Shown here one piece after another: positions 8,561 to 18,477 of a stretch of 64,000 bases of DNA (positions are counted from its first letter, which is position 1; the number at the start of each line of letters is the position of its first letter). The stretch is taken from the NCBI GenBank assembly GCA_964461255.1, contig CAYWTR010000012.1, positions 3,694 through 67,693 on the forward strand. Direction: 5' to 3'. The notes beneath the pieces were generated by a model. The model saw only the letters and a list, made by a program, of their open reading frames with translations, had not been told where the DNA came from and searched no databases. The position numbers and the translations under genes were made by a program. The stretch comes from an uncultured Fibrobacteraceae bacterium. Its GTDB lineage: Bacteria; Krumholzibacteriota; Krumholzibacteriia; LZORAL124-64-63.

Positions 8561-10285
8561 TCAGCGGAGCATGGTCAGCTTGTGCGCGTCGCGGTTGACG
8601 CCACCTTCGAGCACCGCCAGATACGTGCCCGAGGAGAGCAGGCGGCCGGCGTCGTCGGTTCCGTCCCAGGTGAAGGCGTGAGCGCCCGACGGGAGCGAGC
8701 CGGCGAACAGGGTCGCCAGCGGGCGTCCGCGCAGATCGTGCACGGCCAGGCGGACCCGCTGCGCCGAACCCAGCTCGAGCGTGATCGTCGTGCGGGGATT
8801 GAAGGGGTTGGGATGCGCGCCGGCGATGCGCAGCAGCGGAGGCGAGGCTCCAGCCTGGACCGGTTGTGTCCACGCCAACCGCCAATCGCCGTCGCCGTAG
8901 CGGTATTGCAGCGTGTAGACCACGACGCCGCCGGGCGCCGCATCGTCGGCCGCCGAAAACCAGCCCCCGCCCTCGGCGACGACCGGCACCACCCACTCCA
9001 CGCCATCGCTCACGGCCAGCAGCCGGAACTCAGGGGCGGGGCCATCGCCCGTGAACCGCCAGCGCAGCGTGACGCGAGACCCCTGCGTCCGGACCTCGGG
9101 CGCCGGCCATGCGTCCGTCACCCCGTCGGTGCTGACGCCGCGCGAGCCCATCCCGCCGCAGGCCGAATTCTGCGGCGTGCACGGCGACTCCGGGTGCAGG
9201 TTGAAATCCTCGGGACCGTCGAACACCTCGCCCCAGAACAGCGGATCAACGCTGAGATTGCCGCCGCGTCCGCCCAGGCCGGCGATCGCCCCCACCCAGT
9301 CGCCGCCGTCGTTGCCGAACAGGTTGCTGCACTGCAGCGCCGGGACCTCCTGCCCGTAGGCGGCCAGGGCTTCCAGCTGGTTGAAGGCGATGATCGAGTT
9401 CTGGATGTCGGGCGCGGCCCCCAGGCACATCAGGCCGCCGCCGCCTTCCTGCGCCCGGTTGGCCGCGATGGTGCAGCGCGCCAGGCGCGGGCTGGCGCCG
9501 CTGAACAGGGCCAGCCCCCCTCCGGTGAGCGCCTCGTTGAGGATGATCGTGCACTGCTCGAGCGAGGGGGACGAGCTGAAGTCGCAGAACACCGCCCCGC
9601 CGAATCCGCGCGGGGCGATGGCCACGTTGCCCTGCAGCAGGCAGCCGGTCAGTGTCGCCTGGGCTTCCACGCGGCACTCGAGCGCGCCGCCCCACGCCGC
9701 CAGGTTGCCGGTGAACGAGCAGTCGACGAAGGCCGGCGTCGCCCCGTAGCGGCAGGATGCCCCCCCGCCGCCGCCGGTCGCCACGCCGTTGCCGCGGAAT
9801 GCGCAGCCGACGAACACCGGCGAGCCGCCGTTGACGCGCACGCCGCCGCCGTACTTCTGCGCCGTGTTGCCCGCGATCACGCAATTGCGGACGGTCAGAT
9901 GCGCATCGGCCAGGAAGATGCCGCCGCCGCTGGCTTCGAACGCGGTCGGGCCCTCGGCGCGCCCGCCGGTGATGGTGAAGCCCTCGACCACCGTCGTTGC
10001 GCTCAGGTTCTCGCCGTGCAGCACGCGCCCGGCGCCCTGCGCGTCGATGGTCACGCAATCGGGCTGCCCGGTCGCGCTGCGCAGAACGACGCCGCTCTTG
10101 AGCAGCAGATTGTGTTCGCGGTAGGTGCCGCAGGCGACGACGATGGCATCGCCCGCCGCGGCGCGCTCGAGCGCGGCGCGGATGGTCACGGCGTCCTGGG
10201 GAACGCGCCAGGTCGCGGCGGGAACGATGGCAGAGCTCAACAGGCAGGCAAGCAGGGTGAGTACGGCAATGGTGCGCACCTGCAT
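8561..10285 (-). CDS. Secreted right-handed beta-helix repeat protein with T9SS/FlgD-Ig-like C-terminal sorting domain
   Basis: Start ATG at 10285 (MQVRTIAVLTLLACLLSSAIVPAA signal peptide) with GGAAGGAG SD 6 nt upstream. Parallel beta-helix repeats (GGGIFLADAHLTVRNCVIAGNTA..., NxxxN/GG-rich). C-terminal ...HPNPFNPRTTITLEL...GTYLAVLE resembles Por-secretion-system sorting tails. Confidence 0.7.
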   Translation of the reverse strand: MQVRTIAVLTLLACLLSSAIVPAATWRVPQDAVTIRAALERAAAGDAIVVACGTYREHNLLLKSGVVLRSATGQPDCVTIDAQGAGRVLHGENLSATTVVEGFTITGGRAEGPTAFEASGGGIFLADAHLTVRNCVIAGNTAQKYGGGVRVNGGSPVFVGCAFRGNGVATGGGGGASCRYGATPAFVDCSFTGNLAAWGGALECRVEAQATLTGCLLQGNVAIAPRGFGGAVFCDFSSSPSLEQCTIILNEALTGGGLALFSGASPRLARCTIAANRAQEGGGGLMCLGAAPDIQNSIIAFNQLEALAAYGQEVPALQCSNLFGNDGGDWVGAIAGLGGRGGNLSVDPLFWGEVFDGPEDFNLHPESPCTPQNSACGGMGSRGVSTDGVTDAWPAPEVRTQGSRVTLRWRFTGDGPAPEFRLLAVSDGVEWVVPVVAEGGGWFSAADDAAPGGVVVYTLQYRYGDGDWRLAWTQPVQAGASPPLLRIAGAHPNPFNPRTTITLELGSAQRVRLAVHDLRGRPLATLFAGSLPSGAHAFTWDGTDDAGRLLSSGTYLAVLEGGVNRDAHKLTMLR

Positions 10286-10613
10286 CAGCGGCTCCTTCCA
10301 CGGCAAGCGCGCGCTGGGTGGGACAGCGCGGCGGCGAGCCCATCGCCGGCCGGCGGTGGTGGGCTGAAGATAGGCCGGCCAGGCCCGACAGTCCACCATC
10401 GATGCAGGAATTTTGCCGCGCGACCGGCGATCAAGCGGATTTGTGTAATATCATGACCATCAATCAACTAGGGCGCCCGCCTTGCCAGCGGGCGCAGCCG
10501 ACCTTCCGGCTAGCCGGCAATTGTTGCTGGTGGGACCCGCCCGCGTGCTGTAACATGAGCCCACGGCTCTGTGCGCCCCCCTCGCCGCGCGCCGTTGGGA
10601 AGGACCATCGACC

Positions 10614-10967
10614 ATGGCCAAGACCATCACCGCCCGCCCCATCGCGTCGCGCGCGCTGGCGCTGTTTGCGCTCTGCTGCGGTCTGGCGCTGCTGGCGGGA
10701 GCGTCGCCCCCGCCGCAGACCGAGCGGGTCACCTACTCCTGGACCGCCCCGACGGTGGGCCCGCCCGTGGCCCGCTACGAGGTCTGGGTGCGCTTCGACC
10801 TGGGCGATTGGGAGAAGATCGCCGAGACGCCCTCGCCCTCGTACACGTTCGACACCCTGCTGGGCAAGCGGTTGCTGGTCAAGGTGCGGGCCGTGGACGC
10901 GCAGGGCCGCTTCGGTCCGTTCTCCCTCGATTCCGCGACCTACACGCCCGAGGTCGCGGACCCCTGA
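10614..10967 (+). CDS. Small secreted FN3-like domain protein (hypothetical)
   Basis: 117 aa. GGAAGGA SD upstream. Signal peptide (ALALFALCCGLALLAGA) then a beta-sandwich-like YxW/YxF pattern (YSWTAP...RYEVWVRF...YTF). Confidence 0.5.
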   Translation: MAKTITARPIASRALALFALCCGLALLAGASPPPQTERVTYSWTAPTVGPPVARYEVWVRFDLGDWEKIAETPSPSYTFDTLLGKRLLVKVRAVDAQGRFGPFSLDSATYTPEVADP

Positions 10968-11003
10968 TTCGAAGCGCCGGCCCTGGCGGGCGCCTGCCGC
11001 CGT

Positions 11004-14000
11004 TCAGCGCGGCGGCAGCCCCTTGAGCTCTGTCCGCAGCTTCCAGAGCTTGTAGACCGCCGGGTACAGCAGCAGCTCGATCACGAACGAGGTGGTCAGG
11101 CCCCCGATCATCGGCGCGGCGATGCGCTTCATGACGTCGGCGCCGGCGGAAGTCGCCCACATGATGGGCAACAGCCCCATGAAGGTGGCGGTCACGGTCA
11201 TCATCTTCGGGCGGGCGCGCTTGACGGCCCCGTGCAGGATGGCGGCATCGAGCTCCGCCACGCTGCGCAGCCGGCCGGCCCGCCGCGCCTCGTCGTACGA
11301 CAGGTCCAGGAACAGCAGCATGAACACCGCCATCTCGGCGTCGAGCCCCAGCAGGGCGATCATCCCCACCCAGGCGGCGACGGACACGTTGTAGCCGAGC
11401 AGGTGGAACAGCCAGACCGCCCCGATCGCCGACAGCGGCACCGCCGTCATCACCAGCATCGTCTTGAAGGCGGAGCGCGTGTTGGCGTAGAGCAGCCCGG
11501 CGATCAGCACCAGCGTGATCGGGACGATCAGTCGCAGGCGGTCGCGCACCCGCAGCATGTTCTCGTACTGCCCGCTCCATTGCAGCACGACCCCCGCCGG
11601 CAGCGCCAGGCGCTGGCGCACGGCGCGCTTCGCGTCCTCGACGTAGCGGCCGACGTCGCGCCCCGCGACGTCGACGTAGACGTAGCCGGCCAGGAAGCCG
11701 TTCTCGTTGCGGATCATGGCCGCTCCCTGCAGCAGGCGCACGTCCGCGACCTGGCCCAGCGGCACCTGCCGTCCGTCGGGCGCGGCGAGCAGCACGCGGC
11801 GCAGCTCGTCCACGTCGTCGCGCAGTTCGCGCGGGTAGCGCAGGTTCACCGGATAGCGGGCGCGCCCCTCGACCGTGCTGGTCAGGTTCTCGCCGCCGAC
11901 GGCGCTCATGATCGTCATCTGCAGCTGGGCCACGCTCAGGCCGTGGCGAGCCAGTTGATCGCGGCGCGGTTCGATGTCCACGTACCAGCCGCCCACGACT
12001 CTTTCGGCGAACACGCTGCGCGTGCCGGGCACCTCGCGCAGCACGGCCTCCAGCTCGGCTCCCACGCGCTCCAGGACCTCCAGGTCGTCGCCGAAGACCT
12101 TGATCCCCACGGGAGTGCGCACGCCGGTGGTGAGCATGTCGATGCGCGCCTTGATTGGCATCGTCCAGGCGTTGGTGACCCCCGGCAGGCGCAGGGCCCG
12201 GTCCAGCTCGTCGACGAGCTCGTCCCACGACAGGCGGTCGGGCCACAGGCGCCGCAGCGGCGCCTGCAGCCAGCCGGGCGCCCAGCCGGAATACCAGCGC
12301 GGCTTGGCCCGCCAGGCGGCGGGGGGCTTGAGCACCACCACCGTTTCCATCATCGACAGCGGCGCCGGGTCGGTCGAGGTCTCGGCGCGACCGGCCTTGC
12401 CGTGCACGCGCTCCACCTCGGGAAAGCCGGCCAGCACGCGGTCCTGGATCTCGAGCAGTCGCTGCGCCTCGGACGCCGAGATGCCGGGCAGCGTCGTCGG
12501 CATGTAGAGGATGGTGCCCTCGTTCAGCGGCGGCATGAATTCGCTGCCCAGGCGCCAGTACATCGGCAGGCTGACCGCGACCAGCAGGACGGCGGCGCCG
12601 ATCACCAGGCGCGGCCGGCGCAGCACGAAACGGCAGGCGGGCTCGTACACGCGGAAGATGACACGGCTGATCGGATGGTTCTCCTCGGCGCGGTAGGTGC
12701 CGACCAGCAGCCCGCTGGCCAGCCGGGCCAGCGGGCGGGGCCGGAAGGCGAAGGGCTCGACGCGGGTGAACAGCATGCGCATCGCGGGGTCGAGCGTCAC
12801 GGCCAGCAGAGCCGCCAACAGCATGGCCAGGTTCTTGGAGTAGGCCAGCGGATGGAACAACCTCCCTTCCTGATCGACCAGCGCGAAGACGGGCAGGAAC
12901 GCGACGCCGATCACCAGCAGCGAGAAGAAGACCGCGGGACCGACTTCCTGCAGCGCCGCCAGCCGCACCTGGTGGTAGTCGCCGCGCCGCCCCCCCGCGT
13001 GCCACAGGTGGAGCTTGTTGTAGGCGTTCTCCATCTCCACGATGGCGCCGTCGACCAGCACGCCGATCGAGATCGCGATGCCGGCCAGCGACATGATGTT
13101 GACCGTCACGCCCAGCATCCGCAGCGGGATGAAGGCCAGCAGCACGGCGATGGGGATGGTCATGATCGGCACCAGCGCCGACGGCACGTGCCACAGGAAC
13201 AGCAGGATGACCAGCGAGACGATGATCATCTGCGCGGTCAGTTCGTGCTTCAGGGTGTCGAGCGCGCGCTGGATCAGGTCGGCGCGGTCGTAGGTGGCGA
13301 TCACCTCGACTCCCGCCGGCAGCGAGGGCTGCAGCTCGCGCAGGCGCTCCCGCACGCGCGCGATGACGTTCAGCGCGTTCTCGCCGTGGCGCATCACCAC
13401 GATGCCGCCGACCACGTCGCCCGTGCCGTCCAGGTCGGCGACGCCGCGCCGCAGCTCCGGCCCCAGGTCGACGCGGGCGACGTCGCGCAGCAGGACGGGC
13501 GCGGCGCCCGGCGCGGCCTTGAGCACGATCAGCTCGAAGTCCTCGCGCGCGCGGCCGTAGCCGCGGGCGCGCACCATGTACTCGGCGCCCCCCCATTCGA
13601 TCAGCCTGCCGCCCGCCTCGTCGTTGGCGCCGCGCACGGCCGCGGCCACGTCCAGCAGCGACAGGCCGTGGGCCGCCAGCGCGTTGGGCAGGACCGTGAT
13701 CTGGTACTGCCGCACGAAACCGCCCAGCGACGCCACCTCGGCCACCCCGGGCACCGCCTGCAGGGCGTAGCGCAGCGTCCAGTCCTGATACGACCGCAGC
13801 TGCTCCAGCGTGTGCCGCCCTTCGCGGTCGACCAGGGCGTACTGGTAGATCCAGCCGACGCCGGTGGCATCGGGCCCAAGCTCGGTGCGCACGCCGTCCG
13901 GCAGGCGCGGCTGGACCTTGGACAGGTATTCGAGCACGCGCGAGCGCGCCCAGTACAGGTCGGTGCCGTCCTCGAAGATGACGTAGACGAAAGAGAAGCC

Positions 14001-14261
14001 GAAGTCGGAGAAGCCGCGCACCGATTTGACGCGGGGCGCCCCCAGCAGCGCCGAGATGATCGGGTAGGTGACCTGGTCCTCGACCAGGTCGGGCGCGCGG
14101 TCCCAGCGCGAGTGGACGATCACCTGCGTGTCCGACAGGTCGGGCAGGGCGTCCAGCCGGATCGTGCGCAGCGTGTGCGCGGCCAGCGCGACCAGGGCGG
14201 CCACGCACAGCAGCACCAGCGCTCGGTTGCGGGCCGAAAAGCCGATGACCCGGGCGATCAT
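11004..14261 (-). CDS. cusA: Heavy-metal efflux RND permease (CusA/CzcA family)
   Basis: 1085 aa. Two-fold 6-TM plus large periplasmic loop architecture. HME-RND-like N-terminus MIARVIGFSARNRALVLLCVAAL.... ATG at 14261 overlaps the CusB stop (ATGA). Confidence 0.9.
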   Translation of the reverse strand: MIARVIGFSARNRALVLLCVAALVALAAHTLRTIRLDALPDLSDTQVIVHSRWDRAPDLVEDQVTYPIISALLGAPRVKSVRGFSDFGFSFVYVIFEDGTDLYWARSRVLEYLSKVQPRLPDGVRTELGPDATGVGWIYQYALVDREGRHTLEQLRSYQDWTLRYALQAVPGVAEVASLGGFVRQYQITVLPNALAAHGLSLLDVAAAVRGANDEAGGRLIEWGGAEYMVRARGYGRAREDFELIVLKAAPGAAPVLLRDVARVDLGPELRRGVADLDGTGDVVGGIVVMRHGENALNVIARVRERLRELQPSLPAGVEVIATYDRADLIQRALDTLKHELTAQMIIVSLVILLFLWHVPSALVPIMTIPIAVLLAFIPLRMLGVTVNIMSLAGIAISIGVLVDGAIVEMENAYNKLHLWHAGGRRGDYHQVRLAALQEVGPAVFFSLLVIGVAFLPVFALVDQEGRLFHPLAYSKNLAMLLAALLAVTLDPAMRMLFTRVEPFAFRPRPLARLASGLLVGTYRAEENHPISRVIFRVYEPACRFVLRRPRLVIGAAVLLVAVSLPMYWRLGSEFMPPLNEGTILYMPTTLPGISASEAQRLLEIQDRVLAGFPEVERVHGKAGRAETSTDPAPLSMMETVVVLKPPAAWRAKPRWYSGWAPGWLQAPLRRLWPDRLSWDELVDELDRALRLPGVTNAWTMPIKARIDMLTTGVRTPVGIKVFGDDLEVLERVGAELEAVLREVPGTRSVFAERVVGGWYVDIEPRRDQLARHGLSVAQLQMTIMSAVGGENLTSTVEGRARYPVNLRYPRELRDDVDELRRVLLAAPDGRQVPLGQVADVRLLQGAAMIRNENGFLAGYVYVDVAGRDVGRYVEDAKRAVRQRLALPAGVVLQWSGQYENMLRVRDRLRLIVPITLVLIAGLLYANTRSAFKTMLVMTAVPLSAIGAVWLFHLLGYNVSVAAWVGMIALLGLDAEMAVFMLLFLDLSYDEARRAGRLRSVAELDAAILHGAVKRARPKMMTVTATFMGLLPIMWATSAGADVMKRIAAPMIGGLTTSFVIELLLYPAVYKLWKLRTELKGLPPR

Positions 14262-15739
14262 GGGGACGATCCGCCTTGGTGGGCGTGGCCGCCGCCGCCG
14301 GCGGCGCCGATGGCGGCGCGCAGGCGCGCCTCGGAGTCGAGCAGGAAGTTGGCCTGCACCGCCACCCGCTCGCCGGGGACCAGCCCCGCGCGCACCAGGG
14401 CGCGACCGTCCCCGCGCGCGCCCACGGTCACCGCGCGCGGCGCGAACCGTCCGGGACCGGATTCGACGAAGACCACCTGGCGCGCGCCGGTGTCCAGGAT
14501 CGCGTCGTCCGGCACGAGGATGCCCTCGCCGGCGTCGAGCCGCAGCTCGACGTCGACGTACATGCCCGGCTTGAGCGCCAGATCGGCATTGGCGACGTCC
14601 AGCCGCACGGTCAGGGTGCGGCTGCGGGGATCGAGCTCGGGGTTGATGTAGGCGACGCGACCCGCGCGGCGGGCGGAGGGATCGTGGGGCGGCGCCAGCG
14701 CCACCTCCTGGCCCACGGCGACCCAGGCCGCCTCGTTTTCGTAGACGGCGGCCTCGACCCAGAGCACCGACAGGTCGGTGATCGTCAGCAGCTCCATGCC
14801 GGGCTCGACGTACTGCCCGGCGAAGATCTGCTTGCCGGTGACGTGGCCCGCCTGCGGCGAGTGCAGGACGACCTCGCGCCGCGGCGCGCCGCCGGCGTCC
14901 AGCTCGAGCAGCAGGTCGGCCGGCGCCCCCAGCAGCTCCAGCCGCCGCCGGGCAGCCGCCGCCAGCTCCTCGCCGCCCCGGCGCACCTCCGGCAGCGCCG
15001 AGCGCGCGAAGCCGTCCGCCGCGGCGCGCGCGGCGGCGTACTCCTCTTGCGCCGCCAGCAGCTCGGGCGCGTACAGGCTCAGGATCGGCTCGCCCCGGCG
15101 CACGGCGCGGCCGGTGAAGTCGACGTGCAGCCGCTCGATCCAGCCGCCCGTGCGGGGCTGCCAGCGATGCACGCGCGTCTCGTCGGCGGCCACGATGCCC
15201 ACGGTCCGGATCGTCCGCGCCAGACGCCCGCTCGCCGCCTCCGCGGTGCGCACGCCCGCCAGGCGCACCGCCTCCCCGGACAGCGACACCGGCGCCAGAC
15301 CGGCGACGCCCGCGCCCGCCGGCGCGCCCTCGGGCCCCGCCGCCGCGGGGACCGGCTGCAGCCGCATGCCGCACTCGGGGCAGCGCCCGGGCTGCGCCGC
15401 CCCGACCCCCTGGCACATCACGCAGTAGTAGGCCGCGCCGGAGGGGGGAGTCACGGCGGCGCCCGGCGCGCCGTGCCCGGCGGCGGCGCCGCTCTCGCCG
15501 CCGCCGTCCGCGCCGCCGCCGCTCTCGGGCCTGACCGGTACCAGGCGCATCCCGCAGATCGGACAGTCACCCTGGCGGTCGGCGACATAGGTCGGATGCA
15601 TCGGGCAGTGGAAGGGGCCGGGCTCCGCGCCGCCGCGGCAGCCGCCGGCCGCGGCGATCGCCGCCAGCAGCGCCAACCCCAGCAGCAGCGCCGCGCCGGG
15701 CGCGCGCACGCGCCGGCCGGATCGACTCGTCTGCTTCAT
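14258..15739 (-). CDS. cusB: Efflux membrane-fusion protein (CusB-like) with two N-terminal CP(M)HP metal-binding modules
   Basis: 493 aa. Signal/lipobox (LLAAIAAAGGC). Duplicated HCPMHPTYV...GDCPICGMRL and YYCVMC...GRCPECGMRL modules, then the HlyD-family beta-barrel/lipoyl pattern. ATGA overlaps at both ends. Confidence 0.85.
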   Translation of the reverse strand: MKQTSRSGRRVRAPGAALLLGLALLAAIAAAGGCRGGAEPGPFHCPMHPTYVADRQGDCPICGMRLVPVRPESGGGADGGGESGAAAGHGAPGAAVTPPSGAAYYCVMCQGVGAAQPGRCPECGMRLQPVPAAAGPEGAPAGAGVAGLAPVSLSGEAVRLAGVRTAEAASGRLARTIRTVGIVAADETRVHRWQPRTGGWIERLHVDFTGRAVRRGEPILSLYAPELLAAQEEYAAARAAADGFARSALPEVRRGGEELAAAARRRLELLGAPADLLLELDAGGAPRREVVLHSPQAGHVTGKQIFAGQYVEPGMELLTITDLSVLWVEAAVYENEAAWVAVGQEVALAPPHDPSARRAGRVAYINPELDPRSRTLTVRLDVANADLALKPGMYVDVELRLDAGEGILVPDDAILDTGARQVVFVESGPGRFAPRAVTVGARGDGRALVRAGLVPGERVAVQANFLLDSEARLRAAIGAAGGGGHAHQGGSSP

Positions 15740-17052
15740 GGCTCCTGTCCTTCCTGCGCGCCGCCGGCGGGCATGTCCGGGGATCCACCTGCCAGCTCGG
15801 CGATGCGCGCCCAGGTCGCGTAGCGATCCGCCTCGCGCCGCGCCAGCTGCACGCGCGCCTCCAGCCAGGCGGCCAGATCGTCGATCACCGTCGCGAACTC
15901 TCCCCGGCCGGCCAGATACGCGGAGCGCGAGGCGTCGAAAGCCGCGCTGCTGCGAGGAAGGATCGCCTCGCGGTAGAGACTCAGCTGTGCCTGGTCGCGT
16001 TGCCAACGTGCCGCCAGGCGCGCCGCCTCGGCCCGCGCCGCCGCCTCGGCATCCCGTTGCGCGCTCTGCGCCGCCGCCAGCTCGTGCTCGGCCGCCCGCA
16101 GCGCCGGCAGCTGGCGCTGCCCGCGCCGCAGCGGCAGGGTCACGCCCAGCCGCAGGGTCACCAGCGGGTCGAAATCGCCGCGGTATCCGTAACCGGCGCC
16201 GGCGAAGGCGTCGGGCCGCGATTCGGCGCGGGCCAGGTCGCGGCGGCGCGCGGCCACCGCGGCCTCCGCCCGGCGGACGGCGACCGCGGGCGCCGCGGCG
16301 GCGGCCAGCGCCTCCCAGTCTGCGGCGGGAGCGGCGATCTCCGGCAGCGCGGCGACCGGACCCAGCGGCTGGTCCTGGGGCCGGTCGCGCAGCGCGTTGA
16401 GACGCGCCGCCAGGCCGGTGCGCTCGGCGTCCAGGTCCAGCCGCCGCGACTGCAGCTGCGCGACCTCCAGCTGCCGCCGCACCACGTCCCCCTGGCCGGC
16501 CTCGCCGGCGGCGTAGCGCGCCGCGGTGGTCGCCGCCAGCAGTTCCAGCAGCTCCCGCGCGTCGTCGAGGACGGCGCGCTCGCGCTCCACGGCGTGCAGC
16601 GCCGCGGCCAGCACGCGCACCTCGGCGATCAGCCGACGGCGCAGCGCCGCCAGCTCCTCTCCCCGCGCCGCCGCGGCGGCGGCCGCCGCCGCGCGCCGTG
16701 CGGGGCGCTTGCCCGGCCACGCCAGCTCCTGCCGCAGCTCGATCCCGGCCATCGACATCTCGGCCCGGCCGACGGTCGACTGCGGGAAACCGGCGTTTTG
16801 CAGCATCACCTCGAGCATCGGGTCGGGCAGCGCGCCGGCCGGGAGCGCCTCCTCGCGCGCGGCCGCCGCCTGCGCCGCCGCCGCCGCCAGGGCCGGCGAG
16901 GCGGCCAGCGCCTCGGCCACCAGCGTCTCGACCCGGACCGGCGGTGCCGCGTCGCCGGCTTGCCGCGGGTCTCCGGTTTCCGCGCGCGCCGGCGCCGGCG
17001 CGGCCGTCAATGCCCCCAAGGCCAGCAGCAGGCTCGATATCGAGCGACCCAT
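15736..17052 (-). CDS. Outer-membrane efflux protein (TolC/CusC family)
   Basis: 438 aa. Signal peptide; two-repeat coiled-coil/alpha-barrel composition (Ala/Leu/Arg/Glu-rich heptads). First gene of the cusCBA-type operon, downstream of an AT-rich region. Confidence 0.75.
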   Translation of the reverse strand: MGRSISSLLLALGALTAAPAPARAETGDPRQAGDAAPPVRVETLVAEALAASPALAAAAAQAAAAREEALPAGALPDPMLEVMLQNAGFPQSTVGRAEMSMAGIELRQELAWPGKRPARRAAAAAAAAARGEELAALRRRLIAEVRVLAAALHAVERERAVLDDARELLELLAATTAARYAAGEAGQGDVVRRQLEVAQLQSRRLDLDAERTGLAARLNALRDRPQDQPLGPVAALPEIAAPAADWEALAAAAAPAVAVRRAEAAVAARRRDLARAESRPDAFAGAGYGYRGDFDPLVTLRLGVTLPLRRGQRQLPALRAAEHELAAAQSAQRDAEAAARAEAARLAARWQRDQAQLSLYREAILPRSSAAFDASRSAYLAGRGEFATVIDDLAAWLEARVQLARREADRYATWARIAELAGGSPDMPAGGAQEGQEP

Positions 17053-17296
17053 GGTTCTCGCTCCCGTGCGAACTGTGCGGCGTACAGCCGGCGCCCAACC
17101 GGCGGACGGAGCGCGCCGCCGCCGGTGCGCGAGCTCCAGGGCAAGAGATGTTCCATGGCCTTATCTCGTTAAAATAAAATTACTTACAGCAACAACCGGG
17201 AAACGCCGCCGTCCGGTTTGGAGAATATTGGCGAGCGGCGGTTCGAGAATAGTATTCAACGATGGCGCTCAGGCGCCGCCGCGGCGGCGGGCCGAC

Positions 17297-17527
17297 TCAG
17301 CTTCCGCGGGGAAACTGCTGTCGCAGACGTTGGAAGCGGCTGGCGAGGATCATCTCGAACAGCTCGAGGCGGTCGGGCAGATGCTCGGCGCACCAGCGCC
17401 GCAGCTTGGCGATCTCGATGTCGATGTCGACATCGGGATAATCGCTGTACAGGATCAGGGCCGTGACGCGGTCGGCGCGGCGCTGCAGCTCCAGTCCGGG
17501 ATCGTCGGCTTCGCGCTGAGCTGGCAT
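17297..17527 (-). CDS. Small hypothetical protein (76 aa)
   Basis: ATG at 17527 preceded by AGGAAGGG SD. Acidic/amphipathic sequence (YSDYPDVDIDIEIAKLRRWCAEHLPDRLELFEMI). No recognisable family. Confidence 0.35.
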   Translation of the reverse strand: MPAQREADDPGLELQRRADRVTALILYSDYPDVDIDIEIAKLRRWCAEHLPDRLELFEMILASRFQRLRQQFPRGS

Positions 17528-17771
17528 GGCCCTTCCTGGCGGTCGGGTGCCGGTCCAGGTTAACGCCGGCGGTCGGAGCGCGCCACCGCGGGGGGGGCGG
17601 CGCCGGGATGGCGAGGCCCGGCGGCCGCGCCAGGCGAGCGGCGTCAGGCGGGCGGCGTCAGGCGAGCGGTTGGCTGGCATCGGCATCTGGTGTAGGATGC
17701 CCGATCCCGGACATTGAGTCCCAGCGCCGAGACGGCGAGCGCCTTTCGCCGCGCGGCGAGCGAGGCCAGCG

Positions 17772-18350
17772 ATGCGCTATTCCACCGACATCGTGGTGAT
17801 CGATCTGGAGGCGTCGTCGCCGCCGGACCAGCCCAACAGCGTCGAGCGCAGCAACATCATCGAGGTGGGCGCCGTGCGCCTGGACCGCCGCAGCCTGGCC
17901 GAGGTCGGCGCCTTCAGCGAGCTGGTGCGGCCGGCGGAGTTCCCCATCTCCCCCTTCATCGCCCAGCTGACCGGCATCACACCCGCGATGGTGTCCGATC
18001 GCGAGACCTTCGCGGCGGTGGGCGCGCGCTTCCTGGAATGGTACGGGCCGCGCAACCGGGCGATGATCGCCTCGTTCGGCGTGTACTACGACATCCCGCT
18101 GCTGCGCAGGGATTTCGCCGCGGCGGGGCTGGATTTCCGGCGGCACATCGCGGGCGGGGCGCTCGACCTGCGGGCGGTGGCGACGGTCTGGCTGGCCGAG
18201 CGCAGCCAACGCACGAGCGGGCTGACGCTCGAGGTCATCCTCGAGAAGATGGGCATCCCGCCGCCCGCGCGGCAGCACCGCGCCGTCGACGACGCGCGCG
18301 CCGCCGCCGCCATCCTGCAGGTCTTCCACCTGGGCCGTCCCCTGGCCTGA
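17772..18350 (+). CDS. DEDDh-family 3'-5' exonuclease (DnaQ-like)
   Basis: 192 aa. Exo I motif VVIDLEAS; Exo III motif H-x4-D in ARQHRAVDDARAAAAI. Confidence 0.8.
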   Translation: MRYSTDIVVIDLEASSPPDQPNSVERSNIIEVGAVRLDRRSLAEVGAFSELVRPAEFPISPFIAQLTGITPAMVSDRETFAAVGARFLEWYGPRNRAMIASFGVYYDIPLLRRDFAAAGLDFRRHIAGGALDLRAVATVWLAERSQRTSGLTLEVILEKMGIPPPARQHRAVDDARAAAAILQVFHLGRPLA

Positions 18351-18477
18351 GCGGCGCGCGGGCTCGCTGCGGGGCATTTGCTTGCCCCCCGCCGCGGCGG
18401 CTGCCATTTTGGGGTCGACGCCGAGCGCGGCCCCCGGCCGGGGCCGCCGGTCACGTTCGCTGCGAGAGGAGTCGGCC

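Noticed and set aside
18382-18477. N-terminal extension of the transketolase-like gene from ATG 18382
   Set aside because: Arg/Ser-rich extension without SD; GTG 18478 has a GAGAGGAG SD and starts at the conserved TK N-terminus.
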